Assembly (NCBI GenBank): GCA_964016885.1
Contig: CAXHJY010000552.1
Location: 1-64,000 of the forward strand
Direction of reading: 5' to 3'
From: Eledone cirrhosa
Lineage: Eukaryota
DNA length: 64,000 nucleotides
The notes below the pieces were generated by a model. That model ran no database searches. It worked only from the letters and a program-made list of their open reading frames with translations, and was not told where the DNA came from. This document shows positions 28,701 to 43,700 of the stretch, in pieces (within the stretch, counting starts at the first letter, position 1; the number at the start of each line of letters is the position of its first letter). Position numbers and translations under genes: made by a program.

Positions 28701-31700
28701 AGTTATAGTGGTGTTAACGTCTTTGGTAGTTATAGTGGTGCTAACATCTTTGGTAGTTATAGTGGTGCTAACGTCTTTGGTAGTTATAGTGGTGTTAATG
28801 TCTTTGGTAGTTATAGTGGTGCTAATATCTTCGGTAGTTATAGTGGTGCTAACATCTTTGGTAGTTATAGTGGTGCTAACATCTTTGGTAGTTATAGTGG
28901 TGCTAACATCATTGGTAGTCATAGTGGTGCTAACATCTTTGGTAGTTATAGTGGTGCTAATATCTTTGGTAGTTATAGTGGTGTTAACGTCTTTGCTAGT
29001 TATAGTGGTGCTAACATCTTTGGTAGTTATAGTGGTGCTAATATCTTTGGTAGTTATAGTGGTGTTAACGTCTTTGCTAGTTATAGTGGTGCTAACATCT
29101 TTGGTAGTTATAGTGGTGCTAACATCTTTGGTAGTTATAGTGGTGCTAACGTTGTTGGTAGTTATAGTGGTGTTAACGTCTTTGGTAGTTATAGTGGTGC
29201 TAACGTCTTTGGTAGTTATAGTGGTGCTAACGTCGTTGGTAGTTATAGTGGTGCTAACGTCGTTGGTAGTTATAGTGGTGCTAACGTCTTTGGTAGTTAT
29301 AGTGGTGCTAACGTCTTTGGTCGTTATAGTGGTGCTAACATCTTTGGTAGTTATAGTGGTGCTAACATCTTTGGTAGTTATAGTGGTGTTAACATCTTTG
29401 GTAGTTATAGTGGTGTTAACATCTTTGGTAGTTATAGTGGTGTTAACATCTTTGGTAGTTATAGTGGTGTTAACATCTTTGGTATTTATAGTGGTGCAAA
29501 CGTCTTCGGTAGTTATAGTGGTGTTAACATCTTTGGTAGTTATAGTGGTGCTAACATCTTTGGTAGTTATAGTGGTGCTAACGTCTTTGGTAGTTATAGT
29601 GGTGCTAACGTCTTTGGTAGTTATAGTGGTGCTAACGTCTTTGGTAGTTATAGTGGTGCTAACGTCTTTGGTAGTTATAGTGGTGCTAACATCTTTGGTA
29701 GTTATAGTGGTGCTAACATCTTTGGTAGTTATAGTGGTGCTAACATCTTTGGTTGTTATAGTGGTGCTAACATCTTTGGTAGTTATAGTGGTGCTAACAT
29801 CTTTGGTAGTTATAGTGGTGCTAACATCTTTGATAGTTATAGTGGTGTTAACGTCTTTGGTAGTTATAGTGGTGTTCACGTCTTTAGTAGTTCTAGTGGT
29901 GCTAACGTATTTCGTAGTTCTAGTGGTGTTAAGGTCTTTGGTGGTTACAGTGGTGTTAACATCTTTGGTATTTATAGTGGTGCAAACGTCTTTGGTAGTT
30001 ATAGTGGTGTTAACATCTTTGGTAGTTATAGTGGTGTTAACGTCTTTGGTAGTTATAGTGGTGTTCACGTCTTTAGAAGTTATAGTGGTGCTAACGTCTT
30101 TAGTTGTTATAGTGGTGCTAACGTCTTTGGTAGTTATAGTGGTGCTAACGTCTTTGGTAGTTATAGTGGTGTTAACGTCTTTGGTAGTTATAGTGGTGTT
30201 AACGTCTTTGGTAGTTATAGTGGTGTTAACGTCTTTGGTAGTTATAGTGGTGTTAACGTCTTTGGTAGTTATAGTGGTGTTAACGTCTTTGGTAGTTATG
30301 GTGGTGCTAACGTCTTTGGTAGTTATGGTGGTGCTAACGTCTTTGGTAGTTATAGTGGTGCTAACGTCTTTGGTAGTTATAATGGTTTTAACGTCTTTGG
30401 TAGTTATAGTGGTGCTATCATCTTTGGTAGTTATAGTGGTGTTAATATCTTTGGTAGTCATAGTGGTGCTAACGTCTTTGGTAGCCATAGTGGTGCTAAC
30501 ATCTTTGGTAGTTATAGTGGTGCTAACATCTTTGGTAGTTATAGTGGTGCTAACATCTTTGGTAGTTATAGTGGTGCTAACATCTTTGGTAGTTATCGTG
30601 GTGCTAACATCTTTGGTAGTTATCGTGGTGCTAACATCTTTGGTAGTTATAGTGGTGCTAACGTCTTTGGTAGTTATAGTGGTGCTAACGTCTTTGGTAG
30701 TTATAGTGGTGCTAAAGTCTTTGGTAGTTATAGTGGTGTTAATATCTTTCGTAGTCATAGTGGTGCTAACGTCTTTGGTAGTCATAGTGGTGCAAACGTC
30801 TTCGGTAGTTATAGTGGTGTTAACATCTTTGGTAGTTATAGTGGTGCTAACATCTTTGGTAGTTATAGTGGTGCTAACATCTTTGGTAGTTATAGTGGTG
30901 CTAACATCTTTGGTAGTTATAGTGGTGCTAACATCTTTGGTAGTTATAGTGGTGCTAACATCTTTGGTAGTTATAGTGGTGCTAACATCTTTGGTAGTTA
31001 TAGTGGTGTTAACTTCTTTGGTAGTTATAGTGGTGTTCACGTCTTTAGTAGTTCTTGTGGTGCTAACGTATTTCGTAGTTCTAGTGGTGTTAAGGTCTTT
31101 GGTGGTTACAGTGGTGTTAACATCTTTGGTATTTATAGTGGTGCAAACGTCTTTGGTAGTTCTAGTGGTGTTAATGTCTTTGGTAGTTATAGTGGTGTTA
31201 ACATCTTTGGTAGTTATAGTGGTGTTAACGTCTTTGGTAGTTATAGTGGTGTTCACGTCTTTAGTAGTTATAGTGGTGCTAACGTCTTTAGTTGTTATAG
31301 TGGTGCTAACGTCTTTGGTTGTTATAGTGGTGCTAACGTCTTTGGTAGTTATAGTGGTGTTAACGTCTTTGGTAGTTATAGTGGTGTTAACGTCTTTGGT
31401 AGTTATAGTGGTGTTAACGTCTTTGGTAGTTATGGTGGTGCTAACGTCTTTGGTAGTTATGGTGGTGCTAACGTCTTTGGTAGTTATAGTGGTGCTAACG
31501 TCTTTGGTAGTTATAATGGTTTTATCGTCTTTGGTAGTTATAGTGGTGCTAACATCTTTGGTAGTTATAGTGGTGTTAATATCTTTGGTAGTCATAGTGG
31601 TGCTAACGTCTTTGGTAGTCATAGTGGTGCTAACATCTTTGGTAGTTATAGTGGTGCTAACATCTTTGGTAGTTATAGTGGTGCTAACATCTTTGGTAGT

Positions 31701-34700
31701 TATAGTGGTGCTAACATCTTTGGTAGTTATAGTGGTGCTAACGTCTTTGGTAGTTATAGTGGTGTTAATATCTTTCGTAGTCATAGTGGTGCTAACGTCT
31801 TTGGTAGTCATAGTGGTGCTAACATCTTTGGTAGTTATAGTGGTGCTAACTTCTTTGGTGGTTATAGTGGTGCTAAGATCTTTGGTAGTTATAGTGGTGC
31901 TAACATCTTTGGTAGTTATAGTGGTGTTAATATCTTTGGTAGTCATAGTGGTGCTAACGTCTTTGGTAGTCATAGTGGTGCTAACATCTTTGGTAGTTAT
32001 AGTGGTGCTAACATCTTTGGTAGTTATAGTGGTGCTAACATCTTTGGTAGTTATAGTGGTGCTAACATCTTTGGTAGTTATAGTGATGCTAACATCTTTG
32101 GTAGTTATAGTGGTGCTAACATCTTTGGTAGTTATAGTGGTGTTAATATCTTTGGTAGTCGTAGTGGTGTTAATGTCTTTGGTAGTCATAGTGGTGCTAA
32201 CATCTTTGGTAGTTATAGTGGTGCTAACATCTTTGGTAGTTATAGTGGTGCTAACATCTTTGGTAGTTATAGTGGTGTTAATATCTTTGGTAGTCATAGT
32301 GGTGCTAACGTCTTTGGTAGTCATAGTGGTGCTAACATCTTTGGTAGTTATAGTGGTGCTAACATCTTTGGTAGTTATAGTGGTGCTAACATCTTTGGTA
32401 GTTATAGTCGTGCTAACGTCTTTGGTAGTTATAGTGGTGCTAACATCTTTGGTAGTTATAGTGGTGCTAACATCTTTGGTAGTTATAGTGGTGCTTACAT
32501 CTTTGGTAGTTATAATGGTGTTAACATCTTTGGTTGTTATAGTGGTGTTAACGTCGTTGGTAGTTATAGTGGTGTTAACATCTTTGGTAGTTATAGTGGT
32601 GCTAACATCTTTGGTAGTTATAGTGGTGCTAACATCTTTGGTAGTTATAGTGGTGCTAACATCTTTGGTAGTTATAGTGGTGCTAACGTCTTTGGTAGTT
32701 ATAGTGGTGCTAACATCTTTGGTAGTTATAGTGGTGCTAACATCTTTGGTAGTTATAGTGGTGCTAACATCTTTGGTAGTTATAATGGTGTTAACATCTT
32801 TGGTTGTTATAGTGGTGTTAACGTCGTTGGTAGTTATAGTGATGTTAACATCTTTGGTAGTTATAGTGGTGCTAACGTCTTTGGTAGTTATAGTGGTGCT
32901 AACGTCTTTGGTAGTTATCGTGGTGCTAACATCTTTGGTAGTCATAGTGGTGCTAACATCTTTGGTAGTTATAGTGGTGCTAACATCTTTGGTAGTTATA
33001 GTGGTGCTAACATCTTTGGTAGTTATAGTGGTGCTAACATCTTTGGTAGTTATAGTGGTGCTAACATCTTTGGTAGTTATAGTGGTGCTAACATCTTTGG
33101 TAGTTATAGTGGTGCTAACATCTTTGGTAGTTATAGTGGTGCTAAAGTCTTTGGTAGTTGTAGTGGTGCTAACATCTTTGGTAGTTATAGTGGTGCTAAC
33201 ATCTTTGGTAGTCATAGTAGTGCTAACGTCTTTGATAGTCATAGTGGTGCTAACCTTTTTGGTAGTCATAGTGGTGCTAACGTTTTTGGTAGTTATAGTG
33301 GTGCTAAGATCTTTGGTAGTTATAGTGGTGCTAACATCTTTGGTAGTTATAGTGGTGCTAACATCTTTGGTCGTTATTTGTGGTGCTAACATCTTTGGTA
33401 GTTATAGTGGTGCTAACATCTTTGGTAGTTATAGTGGTGCTAACGTCTTTGGTAGTTATAGTGGTGCTAACGTCTTTGGTAGTTATAGTAGTGCTAACGT
33501 CTTTGGTAGTTATAATGGTGTTAACGTCTTTGGTAGTTATAGTTGTGCTAACGTCTTTGGTAATTATAGTGGTGCTAACGTCTTTGGTAGTTATAGTGGT
33601 GTTAACGTCGTTGGTAGTTATAGTGGTGTTAACGTCTTGGGTAGTTATAGTGGTGCTAACGTCTTGGGTAGTTATAGTGGTGCTAACGTCTTTGGTAGTT
33701 ATATTGGTGCTAACATCTTTGGTAGTTATAGTGGTGCTAACGTCGTTGGTAGTTATAGTGGTGTTAACGTCTTTGGTAGTTATAGTGGTGCTAACGTCTT
33801 TGGTAGTTATAGTGGTGTTAACGTCTTTGGTAGTTATAGTGGTGCTAACAACTTAGGTAGTTATAGTGGTGTTAACATCTTTGGGAGTTATAGTGGTGCT
33901 AACGTCGTTGGTAGTTATAGTGGTGTTAACGTCTTTGGTAGTTATAGTGGTGTTAACGTCTTTGGTAGTTATAGTGGTGCTAACGTCTTTGGTAGTTATA
34001 GTGGTGCTAACATCTTTGGTAGTTATAGTGGTGCTAACAACTTTGGTAGTTATAGTGGTGCTAGCATCTTTGGTAGTTATAGTGGTGCTAACGTCGTTGG
34101 TAGTTATAGTGGTGTTAACGTCTTTGGTAGTTATAGTGGTGCTAACGTCTTTGGTAGTTATAGTGCTGCTAACGTCGTTGGTAGTTCTAGTGGTGCTAAA
34201 ATATTTGGTAGTTCTAGTGGTGCTAACGTATTTCGTAGTTCTAGTGATGCTAACGTATTTCGTAGTTCTAGTGGTGTTAACGTCTTTGGTGGTTATAGTG
34301 GTGTTAACATCTTTGGTATTATAGTGGTGCAAACGTCTTCGGTAGTTATAGTGGTGCTAACATCTTTGGTAGTTATAATGGTGTTAACATCTTTGGTAGT
34401 TCTAGTGGTGTTAACATCTTTGGTATTTATAGTGGTGTTAACATCTTTGGTGTTTATAGTGGTGCTAACATCTTTGGTAGTTATAGTGGTGTTAACATCT
34501 TTGGTAGTTATAGTGGTGCTAACATCTTTGGTAGTTATAATGGTGCTAACGTCTTTGCTAGTTATAGTGGTGCTAACATCTTTGGTAGTTTTAGTGGTGC
34601 TAACATCTTTGGTAGTTATAGTGTTGTTAACGTCTTTGGTAGTTATGGTGGTGCTAACATCTTTGGTAGTTATAGTGGTGTTAACGTCTTTGGTAGTTAT

Positions 34701-37700
34701 AGTGGTGTTAACATGTTTGGTAGTTATGGTGGTGCTAACATCTTTGGTAGTTATGGTGGTGCTAACATCCTTGGTAGTTATGGTGGTGCTAACATCTTTG
34801 GTAGTTATAGTGGTGTTAACGTCTTTGGTAGTTATAGTGGTGTTAACATGTTTGGTAGTTATGGTGGTGCTAACATCTTTGGTAGTTATGGTGGTGCTAA
34901 CATCTTCGGTAGTTATAGTGGTGCTAACATCTTTGGTAGTTATGGTGGTGCTAACATCTTTGGTAGTTATAGTGGTGTTAACATCTTTGGTAGTTATAGT
35001 GGTGTTAACATCTTTGGTAGTTAGGGTGGTGCTAACATCTTTGGTAGTTATAGTGGTATTAACATCTTTGGTAGTTATAGTGGTGTTAACATCTTTGGTA
35101 GTTATAGTGGTGCTAACATCTTTGGTAGTTATAGTTGTGCTAACGTCTTTGGTAGTTATATTGGTGCTAACATCTTTGGTAGTTATATTGGTGCTAACAT
35201 CTTTGGTAGTTATAGTGGTGCTAACATCTTTGGTAGTTATAGTGGTGCTAACGTCTTTGGTAGTTATAGTGGTGCTAACATCTTTGGTAGTTTTAGTGGT
35301 GCTAACATCTTTGGTAGTTTTAGTGGTGCTAACATCTTTGGTAGTTATAATGGTGCTAACATCTTTGGTAGTTATAGTGGTGCTAACATCTTTGGTAGTT
35401 ATAGTGGTGCTAACATCTTTGGTAGTTATAGTGGTGCTAACATCTTTGGTAGTTATAGTGGTGCTAACATCTTTGGTAGTTATAGTGGTGCTAACATCTT
35501 TGGTAGTTATAGTGGTGCTAACATCTTTGATAGTCATAGTGGTGCTAACATCTTTGGTAGTTATAGTGGTGCTAACGTCTTTGGTAGTTATAGTGGTGCT
35601 AACATCTTTGGTAGTTATAGTGGTTCTAACGTCTTTGGTAGTTCTAGTGGTGTTAACATCTTTGGTAGTTATAATGGTGCTAACATCTTGGGTAGATATA
35701 GTGGTGTTAACGTCTTTGGTAGTTCTAGTGGTGCTAACATCTTTGGTAGTTATAGTGGTGCTAACGTCTTTGGTAGTTATAGTGGTGCTAACATCTTTGG
35801 TAGTTCTAGTGGTGCTAACGTCTTTAGTAGTTATAATGGTTCTAACATCTTTGGTAGTTATAGTGGTGTTAACATCTTTGGTAGTTATAGTGGTGCTAAC
35901 ATCTTTGGTCGTTATAGAGGTGCTAACTTCTTTGGTAGTTATAGTGGTGCTAACTTCTTTGGTAGTTATATTGGTGATAACGTCTTTGGTAGTTATAGTG
36001 GTGTTAACATCTTTCGTAGTTATAGTGGTGTTAACGTCTTTTGTAGTTATAGTGGTGCTAACATCTTTCGTAGTTATAGTGGTGCTAACGTCTTTGGTAG
36101 TTATAGTGGTGTTAACGTCTTTGGTAGTTATAGTGGTGTTAACATCTTTGGTAGTTATAGTGGTGCTAACGTCTTTGGTAGTTATAGTGGTGTTAACATC
36201 TTTGGTAGTTATAGTGGTGTTAACATCTTTGGTAGTTCTAGTGGTGCTAACATCTTTGGTAGTTATAGTGGTGCTAACGTCTTTGGTAGTTATAGTGGTG
36301 TTAACGTCTTTGGTAGTTATAGTGGTGTTAACATCTTTGGTAATTATAGTGGTGCTAACGTCGTTGGTAGTTATAGTGGTGTTAACATCTTTGGTAGTTC
36401 CAGTGGTGTTAACATCTTTGGTAGTTATAGTGGTGTTAACGTCTTTGGTGGTTATAGTGGTGCTAACGTCGTTGGTAGTTATAGTGGTGTTAACGTCTTT
36501 GGTAGTTATAGTGGTGTTAACATCTTTGGTAATTATAGTGGTGATAACGTCGTTGGTAGTTATAGTGGTGTTAACATCTTTGGTAGTTATAGTGGTGTTA
36601 ACATCTTTGGTAATTCTAGTGGTTTTAACATCTTTGGTAGTTATAGTGGTGCTAACATCTTTGGTAGTTATAGTGGTGCTAACGTCTTTGGTAGTTATAG
36701 TGGTGCTAACATCTTTGGTAGTTTTAGTGGTGCTAACATCTTTGGTAGTTATAATGGTGCTAACATCTTTGGTAGTTATAATGGTGCTAACATCTTTGGT
36801 AGTTATAGTGGTGCTAACATCTTTGGTAGTTATAGTGGTGCTAACATCTTTGGTAGTTATAGTGGTGCTAACATCTTTGGTAGTTATAGTGGTGCTAACA
36901 TCTTTGGTAGTTATAGTGGTGCTAACATCTTTGGTAGTTATAGTGGTGCTAACATCTTTGATAGTCATAGTGGTGCTAACATCTTTGGTAGTTATAGTGG
37001 TGCTAACGTCTTTGGTAGTTATAGTGGTGCTAACATCTTTGGTAGTTATAGTGGTTCTAACGTCTTTGGTAGTTCTAGTGGTGTTAACATCTTTGGTAGT
37101 TATAATGGTGCTAACATCTTTGGTAGTTATAATGGTGCTAACATCTTGGGTAGATATAGTGGTGTTAACGTCTTTGGTAGTTCTAGTGGTGCTAACATCT
37201 TTGGTAGTTATAGTGGTGCTAACGTCTTTGGTAGTTATAGTGGTGCTAACATCTTTGGTAGTTCTAGTGGTGCTAACGTCTTTAGTAGTTATAATGGTTC
37301 TAACATCTTTGGTAGTTATAGTGGTGTTAACATATTTGGTAGTTATAGTGGTGCTAACATCTTTGGTCGTTATAGAGGTGCTAACTTCTTTGGTAGTTAT
37401 AGTGGTGCTAACTTCTTTGGTAGTTATAGTGGTGATAACGTCTTTGGTAGTTATAGTGGTGTTAACATCTTTCGTAGTTATAGTGGTGTTAACGTCTTTT
37501 GTAGTTATAGTGGTGCTAACATCTTTCGTAGTTATAGTGGTGCTAACGTCTTTGGTAGTTATAGTGGTGTTAACGTCTTTGGTAGTTATAGTGGTGTTAA
37601 CATCTTTGGTAGTTATAGTGGTGCTAACGTCTTTGGTAGTTATAGTGGTGTTAACATCTTTGGTAGTTCTAGTGGTGCTAACATCTTTGGTAGTTATAGT

Positions 37701-40700
37701 GGTGCTAACGTCTTTGGTAGTTATAGTGGTGTTAACATCTTTGGTAATTATAGTGGTGCTAACGTCGTTGGTAGTTATAGTGGTGTTAACATCTTTGGTA
37801 GTTCCAGTGGTGTTAACATCTTTGGTAGTTATAGTGGTGTTAACGTCTTTGGTGGTTATAGTGGTGCTAACGTCGTTGGTAGTTATAGTGGTGTTAACGT
37901 CTTTGGTAGTTATAGTGGTGTTAACATCTTTGGTAATTATAGTGGTGATAACGTCGTTGGTAGTTATAGTGGTGTTAACATCTTTGGTAGTTATAGTGGT
38001 GTTAACATCTTTGGTAGTTCTAGTGGTGTTAACGTCTTTGGTAGTTATAGTAGTGCTAACGTCTTTGGTAGTTATAGTGGTGCTAACATCTTTGGTAGTT
38101 ATAGTCGTGTTAACGTCTTTGGTAGTTATAGTGGTGTTAACATCTTTGGTAGTTATAGTGGTGTTAACGTTTTTGGTAGTTATAGTGGTGTTAACGTCTT
38201 TGGTAGTTATAGTGGTGTTAACGTCTTTGGTAGTTATAGTGGTGCTAACGTCTTTGGTAGTTATAGTGGTGCTAACGTCTTTGGTAGTTATAGTGGTGCT
38301 AACGTCTTTGGTAGTTATAGTGGTGTTAACATCTTTGGTAGTTATAGTGGTGTTAACATCTTTGGTAGTTATAGTGGTGCTAACATCTTTGGTAGTTATA
38401 ATGGTGCTAACATCTTTGGTAGTTATAGTGGTTCTAACGTCTTTGGTAGTTCTAGTGGTGTTAACATCTTTGGTAGTTATAATGGTGCTAACATCTTGGG
38501 TAGATATAGTGGTGTTAACGTCTTTGGTAGTTCTAGTGGTGCTAACATCTTTGGTAGTTATAGTGGTGCTAACGTCTTTGGTAGTTATAGTGGTGCTAAC
38601 ATCTTTGGTAGTTCTAGTGGTGCTAACGTCTTTAGTAGTTATAATGGTTCTAACATCTTTGGTAGTTATAGTGGTGTTAACATCTTTGGTAGTTATAGTG
38701 GTGCTAACATCTTTGGTCGTTATAGAGGTGCTAACTTCTTTGGTAGTTATAGTGGTGCTAACTTCTTTGGTAGTTATAGTGGTGATAACGTCTTTGGTAG
38801 TTATAGTGGTGTTAACATCTTTCGTAGTTATAGTGGTGTTAACGTCTTTTGTAGTTATAGTGGTGCTAACATCTTTCGTAGTTATAGTGGTGCTAACGTC
38901 TTTGGTAGTTATAGTGGTGTTAACGTCTTTGGTAGTTATAGTGGTGTTAACATCTTTGGTAGTTATAGTGGTGCTAACGTCTTTGGTAGTTATAGTGGTG
39001 TTAACATCTTTGGTAGTTCTAGTGGTGCTAACATCTTTGGTAGTTATAGTGGTGCTAACGTCTTTGGTAGTTATAGTGGTGTTAACGTCTTTGGTAGTTA
39101 TAGTGGTGTTAACATCTTTGGTAATTATAGTGGTGCTAACGTCGTTGGTAGTTATAGTGGTGTTAACATCTTTGGTAGTTCCAGTGGTGTTAACATCTTT
39201 GGTAGTTATAGTGGTGTTAACGTCTTTGGTGGTTATAGTGGTGCTAACGTCGTTGGTAGTTATAGTGGTGTTAACGTCTTTGGTAGTTATAGTGGTGTTA
39301 ACATCTTTGGTAATTATAGTGGTGATAACGTCGTTGGTAGTTATAGTGGTGTTAACATCTTTGGTAGTTATAGTGGTGTTAACATCTTTGGTAATTCTAG
39401 TGGTTTTAACATCTTTGGTAGTTATAGTGGTGCTAACATCTTTGGTAGTTATAGTTGTGCTAACGTCTTTGGTAGTTATATTGGTGCTAACATCTTTGGT
39501 AGTTATATTGGTGCTAACATCTTTGGTAGTTATAGTGGTGCTAACATCTTTGGTAGTTATAGTGGTGCTAACGTCTTTGGTAGTTATAGTGGTGCTAACA
39601 TCTTTGGTAGTTTTAGTGGTGCTAACATCTTTGGTAGTTATAATGGTGCTAACATCTTTGGTAGTTATAGTGGTGCTAACATCTTTGGTAGTTATAGTGG
39701 TGCTAACATCTTTGGTAGTTATAGTGGTGCTAACATCTTTGGTAGTTATAGTGGTGCTAACATCTTTGGTAGTTATAGTGGTGCTAACATCTTTGGTAGT
39801 TATAGTGGTGCTAACATCTTTGATAGTCATAGTGGTGCTAACATCTTTGGTAGTTATAGTGGTGCTAACGTCTTTGGTAGTTATAGTGGTGCTAACATCT
39901 TTGGTAGTTATAGTGGTTCTAACGTCTTTGGTAGTTCTAGTGGTGTCAACATCTTTGGTAGTTATAATGGTGCTAACATCTTTGGTAGTTATAATGGTGC
40001 TAACATCTTGGGTAGATATAGTGGTGTTAACGTCTTTGGTAGTTCTAGTGGTGCTAACATCTTTGGTAGTTATAGTGGTGCTAACGTCTTTGGTAGTTAT
40101 AGTGGTGCTAACATCTTTGGTAGTTCTAGTGGTGCTAACGTCTTTAGTAGTTATAATGGTTCTAACATCTTTGGTAGTTATAGTGGTGTTAACATATTTG
40201 GTAGTTATAGTGGTGCTAACATCTTTGGTCGTTATAGAGGTGCTAACTTCTTTGGTAGTTATAGTGGTGCTAACTTCTTTGGTAGTTATAGTGGTGATAA
40301 CGTCTTTGGTAGTTATAGTGGTGTTAACATCTTTCGTAGTTATAGTGGTGTTAACGTCTTTTGTAGTTATAGTGGTGCTAACATCTTTCGTAGTTATAGT
40401 GGTGCTAACGTCTTTGGTAGTTATAGTGGTGTTAACGTCTTTGGTAGTTATAGTGGTGTTAACATCTTTGGTAGTTATAGTGGTGCTAACGTCTTTGGTA
40501 GTTATAGTGGTGTTAACATCTTTGGTAGTTCTAGTGGTGCTAACATCTTTGGTAGTTATAGTGGTGCTAACGTCTTTGGTAGTTATAGTGGTGTTAACAT
40601 CTTTGGTAATTATAGTAGTGCTAACGTCGTTGGTAGTTATAGTGGTGTTAACATCTTTGGTAGTTCCAGTGGTGCTAACATCTTTGGTAGTTATAGTTGT

Positions 40701-43700
40701 GCTAACGTCTTTGGTAGTTATATTGGTGCTAACATCTTTGGTAGTTATATTGGTGCTAACATCTTTGGTAGTTATAGTGGTGCTAACATCTTTGGTAGTT
40801 ATAGTGGTGCTAACGTCTTTGGTAGTTATAGTGGTGCTAACATCTTTGGTAGTTTTAGTGGTGCTAACATCTTTGGTAGTTATAATGGTGCTAACATCTT
40901 TGGTAGTTATAGTGGTGCTAACATCTTTGGTAGTTATAGTGGTGCTAACATCTTTGGTAGTTATAGTGGTGCTAACATCTTTGGTAGTTATAGTGGTGCT
41001 AACATCTTTGGTAGTTATAGTGGTGCTAACATCTTTGGTAGTTATAGTGGTGCTAACATCTTTGGTAGTTATAGTGGTGCTAACATCTTTGATAGTCATA
41101 GTGGTGCTAACATCTTTGGTAGTTATAGTGGTGCTAACATCTTTGGTAGTTATAGTGGTTCTAACGTCTTTGGTAGTTCTAGTGGTGTTAACATCTTTGG
41201 TAGTTATAATGGTGCTAACATCTTTGGTAGTTATAATGGTGCTAACATCTTGGGTAGATATAGTGGTGTTAACGTCTTTGGTAGTTCTAGTGGTGCTAAC
41301 ATCTTTGGTAGTTATACTGGTGCTAACGTCTTTGGTAGTTATAGTGGTGCTAACATCTTTGGTAGTTCTAGTGGTGCTAACGTCTTTAGTAGTTATAATG
41401 GTTCTAACATCTTTGGTAGTTATAGTGGTGTTAACATCTTTGGTAGTTATAGTGGTGCTAACATCTTTGGTCGTTATAGAGGTGGTAACTTCTTTGGTAG
41501 TTATAGTGGTGCTAACTTCTTTGGTAGTTATATTGGTGATAACGTCTTTGGTAGTTATAGTGGTGTTAACATCTTTCGTAGTTATAGTGGTGTTAACGTC
41601 TTTTGTAGTTATAGTGGTGCTAACATCTTTCGTAGTTATAGTGGTGCTAACGTCTTTGGTAGTTATAGTGGTGTTAACGTCTTTGGTAGTTATAGTGGTG
41701 TTAACATCTTTGGTAGTTATAGTGGTGCTAACGTCTTTGGTAGTTATAGTGGTGTTAACATCTTTGGTAGTTATAGTGGTGTTAACATCTTTGGTAGTTC
41801 TAGTGGTGCTAACATCTTTGGTAGTTATAGTGGTGCTAACGTCTTTGGTAGTTATAGTGGTGTTAACGTCTTTGGTAGTTATAGTGGTGTTAACATCTTT
41901 GGTAATTATAGTGGTGCTAACGTCGTTGGTAGTTATAGTGGTGTTAACATCTTTGGTAGTTCCAGTGGTGTTAACATCTTTGGTAGTTATAGTGGTGTTA
42001 ACGTCTTTGGTGGTTATAGTGGTGCTAACGTCGTTGGTAGTTATAGTGGTGTTAACGTCTTTGGTAGTTATAGTGGTGTTAACATCTTTGGTAATTATAG
42101 TGGTGATAACGTCGTTGGTAGTTATAGTGGTGTTAACATCTTTGGTAGTTATAGTGGTGTTAACATCTTTGGTAATTCTAGTGGTTTTAACATCTTTGGT
42201 AGTTATAGTGGTGCTAACATCTTTGGTAGTTATAGTGGTGCTAACGTCTTTGGTAGTTATAGTGGTGCTAACATCTTTGGTAGTTTTAGTGGTGCTAACA
42301 TCTTTGGTAGTTATAATGGTGCTAACATCTTTGGTAGTTATAATGGTGCTAACATCTTTGGTAGTTATAGTGGTGCTAACATCTTTGGTAGTTATAGTGG
42401 TGCTAACATCTTTGGTAGTTATAGTGGTGCTAACATCTTTGGTAGTTATAGTGGTGCTAACATCTTTGGTAGTTATAGTGGTGCTAACATCTTTGGTAGT
42501 TATAGTGGTGCTAACATCTTTGATAGTCATAGTGGTGCTAACATCTTTGGGAGTTATAGTGGTGCTAACGTCTTTGGTAGTTATAGTGGTGCTAACATCT
42601 TTGGTAGTTATAGTGGTTCTAACGTCTTTGGTAGTTCTAGTGGTGTTAACATCTTTGGTAGTTATAATGGTGCTAACATCTTTGGTAGTTATAATGGTGC
42701 TAACATCTTGGGTAGATATAGTGGTGTTAACGTCTTTGGTAGTTCTAGTGGTGCTAACATCTTTGGTAGTTATAGTGGTGCTAACGTCTTTGGTAGTTAT
42801 AGTGGTGCTAACATCTTTGGTAGTTCTAGTGGTGCTAACGTCTTTAGTAGTTATAATGGTTCTAACATCTTTGGTAGTTATAGTGGTGTTAACATATTTG
42901 GTAGTTATAGTGGTGCTAACATCTTTGGTCGTTATAGAGGTGCTAACTTCTTTGGTAGTTATAGTGGTGCTAACTTCTTTGGTAGTTATAGTGGTGATAA
43001 CGTCTTTGGTAGTTATAGTGGTGTTAACATCTTTCGTAGTTATAGTGGTGTTAACGTCTTTTGTAGTTATAGTGGTGCTAACATCTTTCGTAGTTATAGT
43101 GGTGCTAACGTCTTTGGTAGTTATAGTGGTGTTAACGTCTTTGGTAGTTATAGTGGTGTTAACATCTTTGGTAGTTATAGTGGTGCTAACGTCTTTGGTA
43201 GTTATAGTGGTGTTAACATCTTTGGTAGTTCTAGTGGTGCTAACATCTTTGGTAGTTATAGTGGTGCTAACGTCTTTGGTAGTTATAGTGGTGTTAACAT
43301 CTTTGGTAATTATAGTGGTGCTAACGTCGTTGGTAGTTATAGTGGTGTTAACATCTTTGGTAGTTCCAGTGGTGTTAACATCTTTGGTAGTTATAGTGGT
43401 GTTAACGTCTTTGGTGGTTATAGTGGTGCTAACGTCGTTGGTAGTTATAGTGGTGTTAACGTCTTTGGTAGTTATAGTGGTGTTAACATCTTTGGTAATT
43501 ATAGTGGTGATAACGTCGTTGGTAGTTATAGTGGTGTTAACATCTTTGGTAGTTATAGTGGTGTTAACATCTTTGGTAGTTATAGTGGTGTTAACATCTT
43601 TGGTAGTTCTAGTGGTGTTAACGTCTTTGGTAGTTATAGTAGTGCTAACGTCTTTGGTAGTTATAGTGGTGCTAACATCTTTGGTAGTTATAGTCGTGTT

